Position numbers and translations under genes: made by a program
Notes under the pieces: generated by a model
What the model saw: only the letters and a program-made list of their open reading frames with translations
What the model was told of the DNA's origin: nothing
Database searches by the model: none
Assembly (NCBI GenBank): GCA_030601865.1
Contig: JAUWAW010000001.1
Coordinates: 46,433 to 110,432, forward strand
Origin: Candidatus Nealsonbacteria bacterium
Lineage (GTDB): Bacteria > Patescibacteriota > Minisyncoccia > Minisyncoccales > JAUWAW01
Length of the DNA stretch: 64,000 bases
Direction: 5' to 3'
Shown: piece by piece, positions 31,785 to 42,011 of the stretch
Numbering within the stretch: position 1 is the stretch's first letter
Layout: every line of letters starts with the position of its first letter

Positions 31785-33204
31785 AAATTTGGCTCACGCC
31801 TGTGTCGTTTACATATTGACATTCTTCGGCTTTTAATAAATTAATTAGTTCTTTTAATTTCGCTTCAAGTAGTCCCCTATCATTTGCCTCAACGCAAAGC
31901 CGAATCAGCGGGTCATTTGCCGATGGCCGAATATTGAAATTCCAGTCAGGATAGCGCACAGTTAAAGTATCAAAATCAGAAATCTCTCCATCAGAATACT
32001 TTTCTCTAACTTTGTCTAAAACCTTATTCATTACCTCCAGCGCCTCGGGAGTCAAATCATCAGTGATAGCAAAACCGGGCAAAGAAAAATTATATTCGCC
32101 GCTCACTGGATATTGAATACGCGCCTCTCTTGTTAATTGACCTAAACTTTTGCCAGATTCTGAAATTATTTGAAAAATCTGACAAAGGGCTATTAAACTA
32201 TTTTCCACCATATAATTGTCGAAATTATAATATATATGACCGGAACATTCAGCGCCAAATAAAGCGTTTTCTTTTCTCATCCGGTTCTTAAAAAAGGCGT
32301 GGCCTACTAACTCTATTTTAGGAATTCCTCCGCTTTCAATAATCTTCTTTTTGATATAACGAGTGGCTCGTATGTCATACAGAATTACTCGTCCTGGCTC
32401 CTTTCTGCACATCATTTCAGTAATTAAAGTATTGAGATAAACTCCGAAAATAAAATCGCCATTTTCGTCAATAAAAAATATTCTATCGGCATCGCCGTCA
32501 AAAGCCACGCCTAAGTCCGCCTTAACTTCTTGCACTTTCTTTACTAATTGTTCTCTATTCTCTTTCAAAAAAGGATTAGGGGGATGGCCAGGGTAATGAC
32601 CATCTAACTGCCAATTAAGTTTGATAAATTCTATTTGCGGCAGGTATTTTTCTAAATGGTCTATTTCTAAACTGCCAACCGCATTTGAAGCGTCCACTAC
32701 AACCTTCAAAAGTTTTATCTTGTTAACATCAACAAACGATAGAACCCTGGCAATAAAATCCTGCCAGATATTTTTTTGAGTTAATTTCCCTTTTTTTTCA
32801 GCTCCTACCTCTTGATAATTTAGATAATTTTCTTTTAATTTCTCCATGCCAAAGCCCTGGCCAAAAGGAGTTGCCCCGGGCCCAATAATCTTTATGCCGC
32901 TTAAATGGCCGGCGGAATGAGAAGCAGTAATCTCCAGACCAATATCAAATTTATAATGACCAGCGGCAAAATAGACCACATCAGTTCCTGCCAGCCCAAT
33001 ATCAGTAACGTCAGACCCCTGGTCAAGCACTCCTTTAATTAATGCTTTGTGGATTTTGGGCGTAACCAAACTTACATCGCGTCCAACCACTACATTTTTA
33101 GCATTAAAAGTACGCACCAAAATCCTGGCAATAGTATAGACAATATTGTCATTAATATCTTTGGGATACTCCCCTCGGATATCATAAGCGCGAAAAATCT
33201 CCAT
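31777..33204 (-). CDS. Phosphomannomutase / phosphoglucomutase family protein
   Basis: 475 aa; TASHSAGHLSGIKI (phosphoserine loop), GVAFDGDADRIFFIDENG, GAECSGHIYY. Confidence 0.85.
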   Translation of the reverse strand: MEIFRAYDIRGEYPKDINDNIVYTIARILVRTFNAKNVVVGRDVSLVTPKIHKALIKGVLDQGSDVTDIGLAGTDVVYFAAGHYKFDIGLEITASHSAGHLSGIKIIGPGATPFGQGFGMEKLKENYLNYQEVGAEKKGKLTQKNIWQDFIARVLSFVDVNKIKLLKVVVDASNAVGSLEIDHLEKYLPQIEFIKLNWQLDGHYPGHPPNPFLKENREQLVKKVQEVKADLGVAFDGDADRIFFIDENGDFIFGVYLNTLITEMMCRKEPGRVILYDIRATRYIKKKIIESGGIPKIELVGHAFFKNRMRKENALFGAECSGHIYYNFDNYMVENSLIALCQIFQIISESGKSLGQLTREARIQYPVSGEYNFSLPGFAITDDLTPEALEVMNKVLDKVREKYSDGEISDFDTLTVRYPDWNFNIRPSANDPLIRLCVEANDRGLLEAKLKELINLLKAEECQYVNDTGVSQIYE

Positions 33205-33254
33205 AATTCAAAATGGGGTTGATTTTAAGACCATTTTCATTATATACTTAAAAT

Positions 33255-34229
33255 ATGTCGTTTTCAATAGGCATTATTGGTCTGCCCAATGCGGGCAAGT
33301 CCACCCTATTTAAGGCCTTAACCAAAAAAGAGGTTGAAATCGCTCCCTATGCTTTTACCACTCGAGACCCCAATATTGGTATTGTTTCTGTTCCCGATAT
33401 AAGGTTAAAAAAAATTGCTGAAAAGATAAAGCCCCAAAAAATAACCCCCACTTTTATTAAATTTGTAGATATCGCTGGGTTGGTAAAAGGTGCCCATAAG
33501 GGAGAGGGTCTAGGCAACCAATTTTTGGCACATATTAGAAACTGCGATGCTGTGGTGGAGGTGGTGCGAGCTTTTGAAAACGCTGAAATAGAACATGTTG
33601 AGGGCTCTGTTGAGCCAAAAAGAGACATTGACATAATTAAAACAGAACTCTTGATGAAAGATTTGGAAATTTTGGAAAAATGCGGTCTTTTTCCAAAAAT
33701 TAAAGAGCAAGTATCTCAAGACAAACTAATTTCAGAAATGAATCTGTCGGAAGAAGAAAAACTTGCCATCAAAGAGTATCAATTTTTAACTGAAAAGCCC
33801 AGAGTTTTTGTTTTTAATGTATCGGGAGGCCATCCCGATAGGAGCGACGAAACGCTTTCTCTGGATCTCAAGTTAGAAGAAGAACTTTCTGAACTCTCAG
33901 AAGCAGAAGCAGAAGAATTAGGCATGGACTCCCAACTTGATAAATTAATCACCGCCTGCTACAATATCCTTGACCTGATTACTTTTTTTACTGTCACCGG
34001 GGGGAAAGAGACCAGGGCCTGGACTCTAAAAAAAGATTCAAAAGTGTTTGAAGCAGCTGGCTACGTCCATTCTGATTTTGCGGAAAAATTTATCAAAGCC
34101 GAAGTCATTCCCTGGCAACAATTAGTAGAAGCTCAATCCTGGACAGGGGCCCGTGAAAAAGGCTGGCTCAGAACAGAAGGAAAAGAGTATATAGTCAAGG
34201 ACGGAGATGTAATTGAATTCAAAATATAA
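33255..34229 (+). CDS. ychF: Ribosome-binding ATPase YchF (short form)
   Basis: 324 aa; GIIGLPNAGKSTLFKALT P-loop and C-terminal TGS-like domain (EGKEYIVKDGDVIEFK). Confidence 0.9.
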   Translation: MSFSIGIIGLPNAGKSTLFKALTKKEVEIAPYAFTTRDPNIGIVSVPDIRLKKIAEKIKPQKITPTFIKFVDIAGLVKGAHKGEGLGNQFLAHIRNCDAVVEVVRAFENAEIEHVEGSVEPKRDIDIIKTELLMKDLEILEKCGLFPKIKEQVSQDKLISEMNLSEEEKLAIKEYQFLTEKPRVFVFNVSGGHPDRSDETLSLDLKLEEELSELSEAEAEELGMDSQLDKLITACYNILDLITFFTVTGGKETRAWTLKKDSKVFEAAGYVHSDFAEKFIKAEVIPWQQLVEAQSWTGAREKGWLRTEGKEYIVKDGDVIEFKI

Positions 34230-34316
34230 CCCTACGAATTACGAATTCATACGAATATACCAATAATTATCCCTTATTAAAAATTCGTATATTCGTAAGT
34301 ATTCGTAATTCGTAGG
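34230..34316. repeat. Inverted pair of TACGAAT arrays (family 5) forming a ~27-bp-stem hairpin in the rpsF leader
   Basis: ccctacgaattacgaattcatacgaatata ... tatattcgtaagtattcgtaattcgtagg; the right end supplies the GGAG 5 nt before the rpsF ATG. Confidence 0.85.
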
Positions 34317-34321
34317 AGAAT

Positions 34322-35273
<952 letters not shown>

Positions 35274-35274
<1 letters not shown>

Positions 35275-35471
35275 TGGAATGTTACTTTTGCCAACGTAAT
35301 ATTAAGGAAATCGATTTTAAGGAGACAATGTTGCTCCGAAATTTTATCTCGGGCTTGGGGAAAATCAGGCCGAGAAAAAAAACCGGCCTCTGCGCTAAAC
35401 ATCAGAGGCAATTGGCAAAGGCCATAAAGAGGGCCAGGCATTTGGGATTGCTTTCATATATCTCTAAATGA
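35274..35471 (+). CDS. rpsR: 30S ribosomal protein S18
   Basis: 65 aa; CYFC...[35 protein letters not shown]. Confidence 0.92.
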
Positions 35472-36464
35472 ACCTTTATCTCTAAATAAACCTTCTTTTA
35501 TCTTCTTGGCTATTTTCGGATTCTCTTTCAAAAATGTCCTGGCGCCTTCCATGCCTTGGCCCAGTTTTGTATTCTCATATTGGAACCAAGACCCGGCTTT
35601 TTTTATGATTCCCTGTTTTAAGCCGGTATTTAAAATATCGCCTAAATAAGAAATGCCTTCGTTGTAATAAATGTCAAATTCAGTGGTCTTAAAGGGAGCG
35701 GCCACTTTATTTTTAACAATCTTAGCTTTGATACGACTGCCAATAATTTCATCTTTATATTTTATCTGGGCAATTCTCCTCAAATTAATCCTAACCGAAG
35801 AATAAAATTTCAAAGCCATCCCTCCAGGGGTTGTCTCAGGATTGCCGAAACGGATTCCGATTTTCATTCTAGTTTGATTCAAAAAGACAACTATGGTTTT
35901 GGTTTTAGACACAATTCCGGCCAGCTTTCTCAACGCTTGGCTCATTAACCTAGCTTGAAGTCCTATATGCTGGTCTCCCATCTCTCCAGCAATCTCTGCT
36001 TTGGGAGTTAAAGCAGCTACTGAATCAATAACAATGACATCAACCGTGCCTGACCTGACCAAGGACTCAACAATCTGCAAGGCCTGTTCTCCAGAGTCGG
36101 GTTGAGAAATAAGCAAATCGTCAGTATTTACTCCAAGACGTTTGGCATAATCAGGGTCTAAAGCATGTTCTGCATCAATAAAGGCGGCCACCCCTCCCTT
36201 TTTCTGAGCTTCAGCAGAGATATGTAACGCCAAGGTACTCTTTCCGGTGGACTCAGGCCCAAATATCTCAATAACCCGACCTCTGGGAATGCCTCCCACA
36301 CCCAAAGCCAAATCAAGAGAAATAGAGCCGGTCGGAATAGCATCTACATCTACTGCTCTGATCTCTTTTAGCTTGACAATCGCCCCTTCTCCAAACCGTT
36401 GTTTTATCTCATCTAAAGTTTCTTGAAGGTTGCCTTTTTCATCTTCTTTTTTTTGTTTTGCCAT
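35454..36464 (-). CDS. recA: Recombinase A
   Basis: 336 aa; [19 protein letters not shown] Walker [11 protein letters not shown]1/L2 loops. Confidence 0.96.
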   Translation of the reverse strand: MAKQKKEDEKGNLQETLDEIKQRFGEGAIVKLKEIRAVDVDAIPTGSISLDLALGVGGIPRGRVIEIFGPESTGKSTLALHISAEAQKKGGVAAFIDAEHALDPDYAKRLGVNTDDLLISQPDSGEQALQIVESLVRSGTVDVIVIDSVAALTPKAEIAGEMGDQHIGLQARLMSQALRKLAGIVSKTKTIVVFLNQTRMKIGIRFGNPETTPGGMALKFYSSVRINLRRIAQIKYKDEIIGSRIKAKIVKNKVAAPFKTTEFDIYYNEGISYLGDILNTGLKQGIIKKAGSWFQYENTKLGQGMEGARTFLKENPKIAKKIKEGLFRDKGSFRDI

Positions 36465-36470
36465 AATGTC

Positions 36471-38984
36471 TCATAATAGCACTTTAAAGGTCTCGGGGTC
36501 AAGCTCTACTCTATCTCCTTTTTTTAGCTCGCCTGATAAGATGGCTTTAGCTAAAACGTTTTCTACTTTATCTTGGATAACCCTTCTCATTTCTCTTGCT
36601 CCAAAAGTAGGAGAATAGCCAAGCTTCACTATTTTCTCTTTGAGGGCATCGGTAATAATAAAGTCAATGTCTTTTCCTTTGAGGTTTTTCTTTAAGTCCT
36701 GAAACATCAGCTGGGCAATATCTAAAAGGTTATCTTTAGTTAAGGGCCTAAAAACAACCACCGCATCAAACCGATTAATAAATTCCGGTCGGAAGATTTC
36801 CTTCTCAAAAAGTTCATCTAAAAGTTTCTGTTTAACTTGAGACCACTCGGTTTTCTCTCGGAGAGCTTTTAAGATAATTTTATAACCAGCATTAGAAGTA
36901 GCAATAATGATTGAGTTCTGAAAACTTACTTTTCTGCCCTGGCCATCGGTTAAATACCCTTCGTCTAAAACCTGTAAAAACAAATTTAAGATGTTGGGAT
37001 GGGCTTTTTCAATTTCATCCAACAGTATTAGGGAAAAGGGATTTTCCCTAACCGGGGTAGTCAAAAGCCCTTCTTGGCCCAATTCTCCAATCAAACGAGG
37101 TATATCTTTTATGGCTTGGAACTCTGACATATCCAGTCGAATCATCCGTTTCTCTGACCTAAAATAAATTTCAGCTAAAACCTTAGAGGTTTCAGTTTTG
37201 CCCACACCAGTGGGGCCTAAGAATAAAAAGCTACCCATGGGACCCTTTCTAATGGTAATCTTAGCCCTGGCTCTTCTCAACGCCTCAGAAATTTCTCTAA
37301 CCGCTTCATCCTGATTAATGATTCTTTTGTGAATTAATTCTTCTAAATTAAGCAAAAGTTTTTTCTCTTTACCCGCTAATTCTCCTACCGGCACCTCTAC
37401 TTTTTCAGCAATAACTTTGGCCACATGACTGGGCAAAACAACAGGGTCTTTGGTTGAGGTGGCCACAAATGCTGCCACCTCATCTAAAAGGTCTATTGCT
37501 TTTTTAGGAAAAGGAAGGTTGGGCAAGTACTGGGCAGCTAAAGAAATTATCTCGCGGAGGGCAGGCTGTGAAATTAATACTTTATGGGTTTTTTCAAGGC
37601 GGAGACATAAACTTTCTAAAAGTTGGAGGGTTTCTTCTTGAGGAATCTCGGAGACCTCTACTTTTTCAAAAAGATTCAAAATAGAAGGATTCTGCTCAAT
37701 TTTTTGGTGCAGACCAGTATAAGTAGTAATGGCCATGATTTGGAATTGAGGAAGATGTAAATAAGAACCTAAAATCCCAGAAATATCAACCACGCCTGGC
37801 CGAGCTTCCCCACCAACATAATTGTGGAATTCATCAATGACCAAAATAATGTTGCCGGCAGAAACCGTTTCCTGGAAAATCTTCTCTAAATTCTCTTCTA
37901 CTTGCTCTGGGTCTGGCAAACGGGCTAAAAAAGAAGGCATATCTAATTCTACTATCCTTTTATAATTTATCGGCTCTGAACTCTCACCCAAAAAACTCTT
38001 TAAAGCGAGGGCCTGAACAATACTTCTTCTGCCGGTGCCTGCTTCCCCCACCAATAAAACATTATTGATTTTTGTGCGAGACAAAATTGTCTCCACCATC
38101 TTTATTTCTTCTTGATGGCCAACAACCTCGGGCAATCTCTTTTTGACAACATCGGTTAAATCCAGGGAATATTTATCTAAGGTTAAGGTATAACCGGCGG
38201 CCCATTCTTTAGCCAAGGTTCCCATTCTGGCTAAATTTTTGGCAGACCAGAATTTTTTTCTTTCTTTTACCTTCCACTCCAGGTTCTCCAACCACCAAGC
38301 CAAATTTTCAATATCTTCTACCTTAAGATTATTTTCAATTAAAATCTTTTGGAAAATAGAATTGTGTTGAGCCAGAGCAACTATTAAATCGGTTATCTCC
38401 ACTCTCACTCCTCCTCTTTCTTGAGCTCTTTTTAAGGCCCCCAGAATTGTCTTCTGGAAACACTCCGAGAAAGTTGCTCTGTCGGGGATGTTAGCCCCGA
38501 CATTTTTTAAGTGTCCTTCTAATGTTTTTTTAATTTTTTCTAAACTTAAAAGGGCCCTTTGAAAGACAAAATTTAATTTTTGGTTATCTATTAAAAGAAA
38601 ATAGAAAAGAAAGTTGGAATTAGTTTCACACTTTTTTCTTCTGGCCCATTTTATTGATTTTTGAACCGCCTTGGCTGTTTCAAAATTTAAAAACTCTGCC
38701 AAATTCTCTTTGTTTTTAATGGCCGGCTTCTTCAGCTTAAACTTGAAAAACGCCTCAATAAGCACGATTAAACCAGCCAAACAAAAGACAAAAATAGATA
38801 CACCCAAAAAACTGCTAAAAGCGAAATTAAAAAAATTGCCCAGGATACACAAGGAAAGAAATATGACAAAAAATACACTCAAAATCTTGCGCAGTTTTCT
38901 AAGGGTGCCCAAACAGAGAATTCTTTGCCATCTTAACGCCTTATAAATACCTGTTTGTTTTAGATTAAAATTAAACCCAGGCAT
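36471..38984 (-). CDS. Membrane-anchored two-ring Clp/Hsp100-family AAA+ ATPase (no M-domain or ClpP-docking loop seen; D1 Walker A Lys replaced by Arg)
   Basis: 837 aa; N-terminal TM helices; D1 GEAGTGRRS plus ILVIDEFH; D2 GPTGVGKTE plus LILLDEIEKAH; no IGF/IGL tripeptide seen. Confidence 0.8.
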   Translation of the reverse strand: MPGFNFNLKQTGIYKALRWQRILCLGTLRKLRKILSVFFVIFLSLCILGNFFNFAFSSFLGVSIFVFCLAGLIVLIEAFFKFKLKKPAIKNKENLAEFLNFETAKAVQKSIKWARRKKCETNSNFLFYFLLIDNQKLNFVFQRALLSLEKIKKTLEGHLKNVGANIPDRATFSECFQKTILGALKRAQERGGVRVEITDLIVALAQHNSIFQKILIENNLKVEDIENLAWWLENLEWKVKERKKFWSAKNLARMGTLAKEWAAGYTLTLDKYSLDLTDVVKKRLPEVVGHQEEIKMVETILSRTKINNVLLVGEAGTGRRSIVQALALKSFLGESSEPINYKRIVELDMPSFLARLPDPEQVEENLEKIFQETVSAGNIILVIDEFHNYVGGEARPGVVDISGILGSYLHLPQFQIMAITTYTGLHQKIEQNPSILNLFEKVEVSEIPQEETLQLLESLCLRLEKTHKVLISQPALREIISLAAQYLPNLPFPKKAIDLLDEVAAFVATSTKDPVVLPSHVAKVIAEKVEVPVGELAGKEKKLLLNLEELIHKRIINQDEAVREISEALRRARAKITIRKGPMGSFLFLGPTGVGKTETSKVLAEIYFRSEKRMIRLDMSEFQAIKDIPRLIGELGQEGLLTTPVRENPFSLILLDEIEKAHPNILNLFLQVLDEGYLTDGQGRKVSFQNSIIIATSNAGYKIILKALREKTEWSQVKQKLLDELFEKEIFRPEFINRFDAVVVFRPLTKDNLLDIAQLMFQDLKKNLKGKDIDFIITDALKEKIVKLGYSPTFGAREMRRVIQDKVENVLAKAILSGELKKGDRVELDPETFKVLL

Positions 38985-39328
38985 AAGCCAACTATTAATA
39001 AAGCTGGCAAGGCAAGCCAGCCAATTAAAATTACTATTCCTGCCAAAAAGAATAAAACTTCTATTAAAAGACCAATGACGATTAAAAAGCTTCTCATCAC
39101 CGCGCCGATAAGACGGGTAATCATATTAAAAGTGAAGGTCTCGAAATATCTCTTCAAATCTAATCCTCGGCCATAAGAGGAGCGGTATCTTCGCCAAGGA
39201 GAAAAAAGAGTTCTCAAAAGCAAGCCCATAGAAAAATATTTCAAATTAAAAGCAAGGAAATTCTTCCAAGCTTTTAAAATTGCCCTGGGCACATCAAAAA
39301 AATGCCATTCTAAATATTTAATCAACAT
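38960..39328 (-). CDS. Small integral membrane protein
   Basis: 122 aa; 2-3 TM helices; overlaps both thiI and the Clp-like gene. Confidence 0.55.
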   Translation of the reverse strand: MLIKYLEWHFFDVPRAILKAWKNFLAFNLKYFSMGLLLRTLFSPWRRYRSSYGRGLDLKRYFETFTFNMITRLIGAVMRSFLIVIGLLIEVLFFLAGIVILIGWLALPALLIVGLCLGLILI

Positions 39329-40485
39329 AATTGCTTAGTTATTTTATTGTAGCACATTTGAATTAATTTCTTAATATCTATATTTTTCTCTGCTCTTTCT
39401 ACTTCTTTTAGATTGGCTTTGGTTGTTGGATGCTTTGGTAAGAATCTAACGCAGCAGTCCTGGTCCGGCAAAATGGAAATTTCAAAAGTATTGATTTGTC
39501 TTGCCATTTTAATTATCTCTTGTTTGTCCTGACCAAGCAAAGGCCTTAAAATTGGCAGGTCTGTTACTTGCTCAATAACTTTTATATTCTCTAAAGTTTG
39601 CGAAGCCACTTGGCCAATACTCTCTCCGGTAACAACGGCCAGACATTTTTCTTTTTTGGCGACTTCTTGAGCAATTCTGAACATCATCCGACGATACAAA
39701 ATCACTCTTAATTTGGCCGGGGTTTTAAGTAGAATTTCCTTCTGGATACCGGCAAAAGGCGCTAAATAAAGTTTTGAACCCTGCTGAAATTTGTCTAAAA
39801 CCTTGACTATTTTCTGGACTTTTTCAATTGATGCCTTGTTTGTGTAAGGATAGGCGTGAAAGTGCAGGAAAATTATGGCCACTCCCCTTTTGAGCATTAA
39901 AAAAGCAGCCACTGGAGAGTCAATGCCACCTGATAAAAGAGTCACTGCTTTTCCGCTGACGTTGACGGGCAAGCCACCCTGCCCCTTTATTCTTTCTGTA
40001 TATAAAAAGGCAAACTTCTCTACTATTTCAATAAATAAAGTAATATCCGGGTTCTCCAAATCAACTTTTTTCTTTAATTTCTTTAAAATTTCTGCCCCCA
40101 CTTGTTCATTAATCTCTGTTGAGGTTAATAGAAACTCTTTTTTTGACCGTTGCGTGGCAATTTTAAAAGTTTTAAATTTTTGAGTTTTCAAAACTTCAAG
40201 CGCTTTCTTTTTTATTTCGCCAATTTTTTGTGGGCAGTCTACGGCAAAAGCAAAATAAGCAATGCCAAAGACATTTTTTAATACCCCGGCAATTTTTTTT
40301 CCCTCTCCACTGCCCTTCTCACTTATTTTAACCAAAAGCCGTCCTGAAATCCTTTTAACAAATTCAAAAAACTCTGGCCTTAGCGCCTTTTTAATGTTCT
40401 CCACCAACTTTTCCTCAAAAAACCGCCGATTTTTCCCTTTCAACCCAATCTCTGCGTAGTGACAAATAATATACTCCATTAGCAT
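39322..40485 (-). CDS. thiI: tRNA 4-thiouridine synthase ThiI (THUMP + PP-loop, no rhodanese domain)
   Basis: 387 aa; LLSGGIDSPVAAFLM PP-loop and N-terminal ferredoxin-like/THUMP part. Confidence 0.88.
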   Translation of the reverse strand: MLMEYIICHYAEIGLKGKNRRFFEEKLVENIKKALRPEFFEFVKRISGRLLVKISEKGSGEGKKIAGVLKNVFGIAYFAFAVDCPQKIGEIKKKALEVLKTQKFKTFKIATQRSKKEFLLTSTEINEQVGAEILKKLKKKVDLENPDITLFIEIVEKFAFLYTERIKGQGGLPVNVSGKAVTLLSGGIDSPVAAFLMLKRGVAIIFLHFHAYPYTNKASIEKVQKIVKVLDKFQQGSKLYLAPFAGIQKEILLKTPAKLRVILYRRMMFRIAQEVAKKEKCLAVVTGESIGQVASQTLENIKVIEQVTDLPILRPLLGQDKQEIIKMARQINTFEISILPDQDCCVRFLPKHPTTKANLKEVERAEKNIDIKKLIQMCYNKITKQLC

Positions 40486-40488
40486 ATT

Positions 40489-41640
40489 TTAACATATAAT
40501 TATTCCGCCGCCTAAAAGTTTTTCTCCTTTATAGAAAACCACTGATTGACCCGGGGTGACGGCGCGTTGGGGCTTGGCAAAAATTACTTTACAGCGCCTG
40601 CCCGCTATTTTTTTTATTGCTTCAACTTCAATTACTGGCGAACGATACCTTATTTTCGCTTTTATCCCAACTATTGGAGTTGAACTCCAATAGTTTGAAA
40701 TCCAGTTAACATCTTTGACAATCAATTCTTTTTTTTCCAAATGTTTTTCGTTCTTGGTGACAATTAAAGCATTATTTTTGACATCCTTGTCTAAAACATA
40801 GTATGGACCTCCGGCAAGCCCTATCCCCTTTCGCTGACCAATAGTATAAAACCACAACCCCTGATGCTCGCCAATACTACGAGAACAGTTCTCGTAGTAT
40901 TCTAAGATGGGGCCAGGATTTGTTTTAAGATGTTTTCTCAAAAATTCCTCTGTTGTTTTTTTAATAAAGCAAACTTCTTGAGATTCTCTGGCTTCAAGTA
41001 CCGGCAAGTCAAACTCCTTGGCCATCTGTCTTACTTGTCTTTTGGTGTAATCCCCAATGGGAAACAAAATGTGTTTTAATTGTTTCTGGCCCAACTGCCA
41101 TAAAAAATATGATTGATCTTTTTCTTTATCTTTTGCTCTTACCAATGTGTAATTTTGTATTTTTGTGTCAGAATTCTGCGACCTGCCCGTAATGCTTCGC
41201 ATAGCGATACAGGCGGGTCGCAGGATTTTGACACAGTTTAGATCTTTATTTGTATTTTCACATTTACGCGCATAGTGGCCAGTGGCAATAAAATCTGCGT
41301 CCAAGCCCAAGGCTTTTTTCAATAAAAGTCCAAATTTTATTTCTTTGTTGCAGACCACACAAGGGTTGGGGGTTCTGCCTCTTTTATATTCTTTCAAAAA
41401 ATAATTAATGATTTTTCTCTTAAACTCTTTTCTTAAATCCAAAACCAAAAATGGAATGCCTAATTTTTTAGCAATTTTTCTGACTCTTCTCTCACTTTCT
41501 CTGAAATGAGACGACTCATAAAGTTTCATAAAAACTCCTGTTACATTAAAATTAGCCCTTTTAAGAAGGGCTGCTGCTACCGAACTATCCACGCCACCGG
41601 ACATCGCCACTATTACCTTATTTTTTCTTTTTGCTTTCAT
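40489..41640 (-). CDS. mnmA: tRNA-specific 2-thiouridylase MnmA
   Basis: 383 aa; VAMSGGVDSSVAA, NPCVVCN, ATGHYAR, KDQSYFLW, CFI; carries two palindromic elements in frame. Confidence 0.92.
   Translation of the reverse strand: MKAKRKNKVIVAMSGGVDSSVAAALLKRANFNVTGVFMKLYESSHFRESERRVRKIAKKLGIPFLVLDLRKEFKRKIINYFLKEYKRGRTPNPCVVCNKEIKFGLLLKKALGLDADFIATGHYARKCENTNKDLNCVKILRPACIAMRSITGRSQNSDTKIQNYTLVRAKDKEKDQSYFLWQLGQKQLKHILFPIGDYTKRQVRQMAKEFDLPVLEARESQEVCFIKKTTEEFLRKHLKTNPGPILEYYENCSRSIGEHQGLWFYTIGQRKGIGLAGGPYYVLDKDVKNNALIVTKNEKHLEKKELIVKDVNWISNYWSSTPIVGIKAKIRYRSPVIEVEAIKKIAGRRCKVIFAKPQRAVTPGQSVVFYKGEKLLGGGIIIC
40874..40900. repeat. Family-4 palindrome inside mnmA
   Basis: atactacgagaac-a-gttctcgtagtat; encodes YYENCSRSI (thrS copy encodes YENSSRSI). 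Confidence 0.85.
41164..41235. repeat. Family-2 element (TGTGTCAAAATCCTGCGA/TCGCAGGATTTTGACACA), expanded copy in frame inside mnmA
   Basis: tgtgtcagaattctgcgac-[34-nt insert]-gtcgcaggattttgacaca; 72 bp = 24 codons (CVKILRPACIAMRSITGRSQNSDT). Confidence 0.85.
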
Positions 41641-42007
41641 GGTCCTTGATGGCTGATTTAAGGGCTGTTTCGGCTAATCGGATACAATGAAGTTTTGGTT
41701 TGGGAACTTCGCCCACTTGTTCAGCAATATCGTCAAAAGTAATCTTCTTTGCCTGTTTCAACGTCTTGCCTTCTGCCAAAGCGCAAATCATATCTGAAAT
41801 GGCTATGGCGTGTCCGCATCCGAGCGTTTCAAATTTTGCCTCTTTAATACGTTCTTTTCCATCCTTTTTTTCTACTTTGATATAAATTTTCATCACGTCG
41901 CCACACCTCAAATTTTGGGTATCCCCTACTCCATTTGCATCTTTAATCTTGCCCAAGTGTCTGGGGTGTAAAAAATGCTCCATTATTTTTTTTGAGTAAT
42001 AAACCAT
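41618..42007 (-). CDS. iscU: Fe-S cluster scaffold protein IscU/NifU-like
   Basis: 129 aa; three conserved Cys contexts RCGDVM, LGCGHAIA, KLHCIRLA. Confidence 0.9.
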   Translation of the reverse strand: MVYYSKKIMEHFLHPRHLGKIKDANGVGDTQNLRCGDVMKIYIKVEKKDGKERIKEAKFETLGCGHAIAISDMICALAEGKTLKQAKKITFDDIAEQVGEVPKPKLHCIRLAETALKSAIKDHESKKKK

Positions 42008-42011
42008 AAAA

